Both the position numbers and the translations under genes were made by a program. A stretch of 64,000 bases of DNA from a virus. Positions 58,316-64,000 of this stretch are shown here, one piece after another; the stretch's first letter is position 1; every line of letters begins with the position of its first letter. Where the stretch lies: positions 18,512 to 82,511 of the IMG/VR virus record IMGVR_UViG_3300025312_000002; one strand, given 5' to 3'. The notes under the pieces were generated by a model. That model saw only the letters and a list, made by a program, of their open reading frames with translations, made no database searches and was not told where the DNA came from.

Positions 58316-58909
58316 ATGCCAAGAAGCGGGCCCATTACGAAAGATGTTTCAACAGTTGCATTAGGATTAGCACAAGTAAGAATAGGTGCTTCTGCTGCTA
58401 ATGTGACAAGTCTAGCTCCTGTATTGACTTCTACATCGTCAATCGGAGCTCTTGCTAACACAAAATTCACATCTGCTGTTGAATTTTGGAGGTTAGAATC
58501 AGGCTTCCCTCTTGTAGAGGATACTTCAATTCCTCTTAGGGAGAAAGCCCAACTTGAGTGTGCATTTAAAGAAATAACCCCGATGAATGTAGCCTTTGCA
58601 AAAGGCATTGATGCTACATCAGGGTACACAACTGTACACTCAGGCGAAATTCCTTTGGGGAATATTGATTCTCCTGATTTTATCAGAATGGAGGCTTTTT
58701 ATACTTATCCTGATGGAGTTAATGAGATGGTTATTATCTTCCCAAGAGCGCAAGTTGTGTCCAATGTTGACATTGACTTGAAAGATAGTGATGCTGTTGC
58801 TGTTCCTATCACTATTGAAGCAAAAAATGCTGATTCAAATGTTTCAGGTGGAAGTTCTATTTGGGATTCTAAGCCTTTAGGCAGAATTTTATTTAGACCC
58901 AAACCCTAA
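58316..58909 (+). CDS. tail tube (major tail) protein
   Basis: Position before chaperone and tape measure; strong SD; siphovirus tube-like beta pattern. Confidence 0.75.
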   Translation: MPRSGPITKDVSTVALGLAQVRIGASAANVTSLAPVLTSTSSIGALANTKFTSAVEFWRLESGFPLVEDTSIPLREKAQLECAFKEITPMNVAFAKGIDATSGYTTVHSGEIPLGNIDSPDFIRMEAFYTYPDGVNEMVIIFPRAQVVSNVDIDLKDSDAVAVPITIEAKNADSNVSGGSSIWDSKPLGRILFRPKP

Positions 58910-58931
58910 TCTTTAGAAAAACTTAATCTGC

Positions 58932-58960
58932 TGCTCCTCTGGAAACAGGGGAGCAGTTTA
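58932..58960 (+). terminator. GC-rich hairpin after tail tube gene
   Basis: CTGCTCCTCTG-GAAA-CAGGGGAGCAG then TTT. Confidence 0.6.
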
Positions 58961-58993
58961 GAAAAACAATCAAAACACAAAAGGAGAAATACA

Positions 58994-59467
58994 ATGGAAG
59001 ACAAAGATGAATTGAAAATGCTTAACCCACAAATTTCTGAGGTTATAATAGGAGTTCGTAACCTTAGAAAAATCAAAATCTACCCTTTATCTATGGCAGA
59101 TCAACTACAAATGACTTCTTTGATTGTTACAACTTTGCAAGAACTATTTTCAAAGAAGGAAGAAAACAATTTACTGTTTGCTGAAGTTATTCGGAAAACA
59201 CTTTCTGCTAATATTGGAAAGATCATGTCCTTTGTAACTGATGAAGGAGAGAGTTTACTGAAGGATATAAGTAATGTTCAAGCATGTGATATTGCGGAAT
59301 TGATTTATGATACAAATTATGGAGCACTTGAAAAAAAAGTACGGAGCCTGATCGAGAAAATAAAGACAGCATTTCACTTGCCAAAGTCACAACAGCAGTC
59401 CTCAGAGGATACCCCCAATACAACCTTGAGCACCTCTATAAAAGAGGGTACAGAGAGGGAGGAGTAA
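58994..59467 (+). CDS. tail assembly chaperone (gpG-like)
   Basis: Position; Ser/Thr-rich tail; slippery site. Confidence 0.75.
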   Translation: MEDKDELKMLNPQISEVIIGVRNLRKIKIYPLSMADQLQMTSLIVTTLQELFSKKEENNLLFAEVIRKTLSANIGKIMSFVTDEGESLLKDISNVQACDIAELIYDTNYGALEKKVRSLIEKIKTAFHLPKSQQQSSEDTPNTTLSTSIKEGTEREE

Positions 59468-59727
59468 CGATTGGGCAATTTATGGTGCTTTGTGATCATC
59501 TTTATCAGGCTGAATTTGATAAGTTAAAAATACAGGCCGCATTCTTTGGAGTTGATATTGATAAGGAAGTAAAAAAAGAAGTGAAGGACATGAAGAAAGA
59601 GGATTTGTTTATGTTTAAAGATCCAAAAGAGTATGAAGGTTACTCAGAAGAAGAGAAAAAGGAATTAACAGAGAAAATGACAGGAGTCCATAAGAGATGG
59701 GCAGAAGGAAAACTTGCTAAGGGGTAA
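59332..59727 (+). CDS. tail assembly chaperone frameshift extension (gpT-like)
   Basis: -1 frame open from the A8 run to 59727. Confidence 0.7.
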   Translation, partial: KKSTEPDRENKDSISLAKVTTAVLRGYPQYNLEHLYKRGYREGGVTIGQFMVLCDHLYQAEFDKLKIQAAFFGVDIDKEVKKEVKDMKKEDLFMFKDPKEYEGYSEEEKKELTEKMTGVHKRWAEGKLAKG

Positions 59728-59730
59728 AGT

Positions 59731-62700
59731 ATGAAGTCGGAATTAAATCTTGGTGTACTTTTCACAGGTAAAATTGACAGCAGTTTTGATGCTGTTTTGA
59801 AGAAGATTCAAACAAGTCTTGGACAACTTCAGGGAGCAACAGCAAAAGTAACTGCTGCTCAGAAACAACAGCAATCTCAAACTTTATCTATGCAAAACGG
59901 ATTGAAGAGCTACATAAAAGATGTAGAAAAACTTCTTCAGATTCAAGCAAGATGGTATGGAGCAAAGATGATTTTGTTTACTGCTGTTAGTCTTCCTTTT
60001 GAAACAATGAAGAAGGGCTTAGATTTTTTTGTGCAAGTTGATCAGGCTGAAGCAAAGATAAGACGTTATAGTGTAATGTTGGAAGAGTTGAATGAATCAT
60101 CAAAAGGAGCTGCTCATGAATTAATTCTCCTTGCTCGTCAATTGAACCTCAAGTATGCAACCCCTTTTGAAGATATTGTTAAAGGAGCTGATAGGCTTAT
60201 TGCTGCTGGTGTGGAGGCTACACTTGTCATGGGGGGATTGTTAGAGGAGTTTGTAAAGTTTCAAACTGCTTGGCCTGAAGTTGAGATGGATAAGTTTACT
60301 AAGGCTGTAGTGGGAATGGAAAATACATTCAAGAATATGCCTGGAATGAAAGAGTTAAGCTCAGACCTTGAACGCTACAAAGCAATCCTTGATAAAGTAA
60401 CGGTTGCAATGGGTGTGGGTGTTATGGAACCTAGAGATTTGCCTAAAGTTATGCAACATTTTGGGCAGATGGCACAGTCAATAGGTCTTTCTGTTGATGA
60501 AATGATGGCTCTTTCAGTTCTTGTTACAAACTTGGGAAGCAATGCTTCTACTGCTGCTAGAGCTTTACGTGGGCTATCTTCAAGTCTTGTACAAGAAGAT
60601 AAAATGAAATTATTTAAAGAATTAGGAATTGAGATTAACAGAAATATTCCTCTTGGACGGCAGCTAATTAGTGTCCTTGATCAGATAAGAGCAAAAGTAA
60701 CAGGTTCTGGGGAACAGGGAATTTCAGTTGGTGCTCAGACAATACTTGGAAAATTAACATCTGTTGAACGAGTTGGGCCTTTGATCGCTTTAATTCGTGA
60801 TATGGAATCTTATAAAGAGATACTTGACCAAGTACAAAAATCAACAGGAGCAAATGATAGAGCTTCAAAAGAGATGAATAGTACATTTGGAGCACAATGG
60901 AAAGTATTTGTTGAATTGATTAAGGAAATAGGAGCAGCATTATACAATTCTGAACTACTGGGAGAGGTAATGTTTGCTTTGAAGTTAGTTGTTCTAGGAT
61001 TAGGAAAAGCTTTTTTTGTAATTTCTGAAGTGCTTAAACAATTTAATTTTGGATTAATATCAAGTATTACTTTAGTTTATGCTATTGGAAAAGCCATATC
61101 TGAATTAAGTATGAAGCCTCTTCAGGATTGGTCTGATTGGATTGAAAAAAAGAAATTCGGAGAAATTGAAAGATTTTTACAAACAAGAGCGTTGTTGTTT
61201 GGGGAAACTCCTGAAGGCAGACCAACTCAACCAACTGTTTTAACTCCTGCTGCTGCAAGATTAGCAGGAAGAAAGAGTAAAGCAGGAAAGGAAGATTTAT
61301 TTGTTCCTAATGAACTTTCTAAGGACAAGAATTCTTATCCTGCTTTAATAGCTTCTCAAAAGGCTATAGCAAATGCAAGGCTAGAGATTCAAAAGCAGTA
61401 TGATTCTCTTCAACTAAAATTACTTGAAAATGTTCATAAACTTGGATTAATATCTGATGAAAAGTACTACACCCGTAAATTGTCTTTATTGGAATCTTCT
61501 CTTAAAAAAGAAAAAGCTATACTTGCAAATGAATGGGCTGTAACTGAGAAAGTGCATGATGAAGCAATTTCAAAAGCTGAGGGGAATGCTAATTTGATAA
61601 AAGCAAACGCAGCTAAAGATGCTGATTACGCTCGGATGCTTTTGAAGAAGAAATCCCTTGATTATCAATTAGAGGCTGCTAAAGATGATACTATAACCCA
61701 GAGAAAAATAGATAATATTGAACGAGTAAAATTGGATTCTGAAGCAGCTTATAAAGTTTCTGAAATTCTAAGAAAAAAGGATGTTGATAAAGAGAAATTT
61801 ACAATTGATCAGCGTCAAACTCTTAATGAATGGAGATTTCAGAATGGGTTAAAGAATGAGAAAGATTTTTATGCTGATAGTAAGGTTTTGATTGAAGAAA
61901 ATAAAAACACTGAAATTAAGGCGTTGGAGGATGCTCATGCTGCATTTACGAAAAAAGCCTATGCTGAAATTGATGCTAAAGGCACAATGGACAAACGAAT
62001 ATTAGAGATACGTCGAGATATTCGTGAAAAGGATGCTCAGTTACCTGCTGATATAGCAAGTGCAGAGCGTAAAGCAAATCAAGAAACAAATCAGATTACT
62101 TTAACTGATTCTTCAAATACTTTGGAACAGAAAAGAAGGATGATTGAAAATGATTACAAAATCCTTGAAATCATTCGACAATTTGATACTACTCAAGAGA
62201 AAATGTCAATTGAGGATAAACAGAGTCTTAATGAATGGATGTATTCTCAATTGTTGATTAAAGCTTCTGATTACTATTCTGAAGCGAAAAAACTTTCTGA
62301 TAAAAATCATGAAGCCACAAAAATTAATATTACAAAAGAGTATGAGAATTTTAAAACAGCTAATGACTCTTTACAGAAAGAGGAAGCTGAGGGGAGTACA
62401 AGGAAGAAAGCATTACAAGATGATTTACGCCAGAGAACTACTCAGTATTATGCTGATTTAAAGATAGCAGGATTTGATTATTCAAGAGTACAAGAGCAAC
62501 TTCGACAGAAAGAATATGAAGATTTTGAAAAGCTCTATGCTGATGAGGGAATAGTAGGGGTTGTTCAAAGAAGTCTTGGGAATATAACAAGGGAATTTGA
62601 ACAATATGGGAATAGATGGAAAACCTTTGCTGAAACAATTGCAACAGGAATGTCAGATGCTTTTGAAACATTTTTTACTGATTCAATGAAATTGCAATTA

Positions 62701-63192
62701 CAAAGTTTAGGTGATTACTTCAATTTGTTTATTGGCAGTATTCAGAAAGCAATGGCAAGGTTTTTAGCAGAAGAAACAACGATGTATTTTTTGAAAGCTT
62801 TTAAATCAGGAATTAGTATGATGATGGGGCAACAAATGGGGCAAGATGTTCCTATGTCTGCCATACAAAAACATTCAGGAGGTGTTGTAGGAAGTAATGA
62901 TACAAGGGTGAATGTTCCTTCTTGGCTATTTGCTAATGCTCCTAGATTACACGGGGGATTGAAAGCAGATGAGTTTCCTGCAATCCTCCAATCAGGAGAA
63001 ACAGTAATTCCTAAAGGAAGATCAGCTTCTCCGAATATAGAAGTAAATATTCAAAATGAAACGGGAACTCCGGTAGGAAAAGGTGATGTAAAGATCGACT
63101 TTAATCTTGATAAAATGGTTGTTGGAATTATTCTGAAAAACATTGCTCAGAACGGTCCTTTGAGAGGATTAATGAATGGGAGGGCTGCATAA
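59731..63192 (+). CDS. tail tape measure protein
   Basis: 1153 aa helical, TP901-like core (G..ASTAARALR), C-terminal HSGG..PRLHGG..LQSGETVIP. Confidence 0.92.
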   Translation: MKSELNLGVLFTGKIDSSFDAVLKKIQTSLGQLQGATAKVTAAQKQQQSQTLSMQNGLKSYIKDVEKLLQIQARWYGAKMILFTAVSLPFETMKKGLDFFVQVDQAEAKIRRYSVMLEELNESSKGAAHELILLARQLNLKYATPFEDIVKGADRLIAAGVEATLVMGGLLEEFVKFQTAWPEVEMDKFTKAVVGMENTFKNMPGMKELSSDLERYKAILDKVTVAMGVGVMEPRDLPKVMQHFGQMAQSIGLSVDEMMALSVLVTNLGSNASTAARALRGLSSSLVQEDKMKLFKELGIEINRNIPLGRQLISVLDQIRAKVTGSGEQGISVGAQTILGKLTSVERVGPLIALIRDMESYKEILDQVQKSTGANDRASKEMNSTFGAQWKVFVELIKEIGAALYNSELLGEVMFALKLVVLGLGKAFFVISEVLKQFNFGLISSITLVYAIGKAISELSMKPLQDWSDWIEKKKFGEIERFLQTRALLFGETPEGRPTQPTVLTPAAARLAGRKSKAGKEDLFVPNELSKDKNSYPALIASQKAIANARLEIQKQYDSLQLKLLENVHKLGLISDEKYYTRKLSLLESSLKKEKAILANEWAVTEKVHDEAISKAEGNANLIKANAAKDADYARMLLKKKSLDYQLEAAKDDTITQRKIDNIERVKLDSEAAYKVSEILRKKDVDKEKFTIDQRQTLNEWRFQNGLKNEKDFYADSKVLIEENKNTEIKALEDAHAAFTKKAYAEIDAKGTMDKRILEIRRDIREKDAQLPADIASAERKANQETNQITLTDSSNTLEQKRRMIENDYKILEIIRQFDTTQEKMSIEDKQSLNEWMYSQLLIKASDYYSEAKKLSDKNHEATKINITKEYENFKTANDSLQKEEAEGSTRKKALQDDLRQRTTQYYADLKIAGFDYSRVQEQLRQKEYEDFEKLYADEGIVGVVQRSLGNITREFEQYGNRWKTFAETIATGMSDAFETFFTDSMKLQLQSLGDYFNLFIGSIQKAMARFLAEETTMYFLKAFKSGISMMMGQQMGQDVPMSAIQKHSGGVVGSNDTRVNVPSWLFANAPRLHGGLKADEFPAILQSGETVIPKGRSASPNIEVNIQNETGTPVGKGDVKIDFNLDKMVVGIILKNIAQNGPLRGLMNGRAA

Positions 63193-63558
63193 ATGCCTAG
63201 TTTTCCTAGTTTAACAAGTTTTACACTAACTGAAGATGTTCTTGATTCTTGGGAGGAAGGTGTTGTGACTGATCCTACTTTAAAAGACCCAAAAGAAGGA
63301 GGGTATGTTACGACACGGGCAAAGTTTACAAGGATTCCGAGATTCTTTAAATACTCTTTTCCTTATTACTCAGCAGCAGACAAAGCAACATTGTTTACAT
63401 TTGAACGGACAACTGTAGTTATGGGAACAAGTTCTTTTACTTGGCTTAATCCTATTGATGGAAATTATTACACTGTAAGATTTGAGGAGCCTGTAGAATA
63501 TAAACCAAACAAAGGAACAGTGTATTGGGAAATCACAATCAGAGTTGCAGAGGTGTAG
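63193..63558 (+). CDS. distal tail protein (lambda gpM-like)
   Basis: GG...R..TR.PR, SFTWLNP, VRF; follows TMP. Confidence 0.7.
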   Translation: MPSFPSLTSFTLTEDVLDSWEEGVVTDPTLKDPKEGGYVTTRAKFTRIPRFFKYSFPYYSAADKATLFTFERTTVVMGTSSFTWLNPIDGNYYTVRFEEPVEYKPNKGTVYWEITIRVAEV

Positions 63559-63561
63559 AAA

Positions 63562-64000
63562 ATGCCTTTATCTTTGCCCTCAGTTCTTGTTATTGAAAAA
63601 AATCAGATAGCAACTAAGTCTGCTTGGATATTATTAGTTGAAATAACTCTTCCTGATGCAATTACGGTATTAAGATTTGCTCGGAATAATGAGGATGTTA
63701 TTTTTGACAGTGACACTTACTATAAACTGCCTTTTGAAATTGATCCCATTGATAATCAATCAAGAGGACAAATCCCACAAGTCAATTTAAAGATGAGTAA
63801 TGTGACAAGAACACTTCAGACCTATCTTGAGCAGTTCTCAGGCGGAATAGGGTCTGTAGTGAGGCTAATAGTTATTAATTCAGATCATCTGAACGATGTA
63901 CCACCTGCTGAGTATGCAGAACTTGAATTGAACTTTGAAGTTGTAGGTGCTGAAGCAGATGCTAACTATGCAACATTTACTTTAGGTGTTCCTAACCCAT
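63562..64000 (+). CDS. tail tip protein (DUF1833/gpL-like), partial
   Basis: LRFARNNEDV..Y..LPFEI..P.VNL..SNV; open to window end. Confidence 0.7.
   Translation, partial: MPLSLPSVLVIEKNQIATKSAWILLVEITLPDAITVLRFARNNEDVIFDSDTYYKLPFEIDPIDNQSRGQIPQVNLKMSNVTRTLQTYLEQFSGGIGSVVRLIVINSDHLNDVPPAEYAELELNFEVVGAEADANYATFTLGVPNP

Noticed and set aside
1-64000. Stop-codon reassignment, tRNAs, integrase, reverse transcriptase/DGR
   Set aside because: Genes are intact in the standard code and end in all three stops; no cloverleaf, integrase or RT motifs recognised by eye

Overview
The window is a large piece of an AT-rich, long-tailed (siphovirus-like) dsDNA bacteriophage genome with two divergent arms. 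The minus-strand arm (1-35 kb) has a self-contained replication/recombination set: 5'-3' exonuclease, RecA, SSB, ThyX, clamp loader, UDG-PolA fusion, sliding clamp, ligase, DnaB, initiator, primase and SF2 helicase. It also has a 7-deazaguanine DNA-modification cluster (FolE, QueD, QueE, DpdA/TGT-like, a second T-fold protein, a glycosyltransferase and a radical SAM enzyme; no QueC seen), HNH-AP2 homing endonucleases, and an array of small early genes. A ~2.6 kb mostly non-coding switch region holds divergent promoters, IHF-consensus repeats and 29-bp tandem repeats. The plus-strand arm (37.6-64 kb) encodes terminase, portal, protease, capsid, an ~8.7 kb glycosyltransferase/methyltransferase/radical-SAM block inside the head-tail genes, and the tail genes. 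Most striking: the early-gene spacers are structured RNA modules. Two are candidate permuted twister ribozymes, and at least six are covarying stop-codon-anchored hairpin elements. Each sits just ahead of a shared extended Shine-Dalgarno sequence. A K-P-x-L-[KR]3 peptide motif also recurs in many unrelated proteins. All calls are by eye; no database searches were run.
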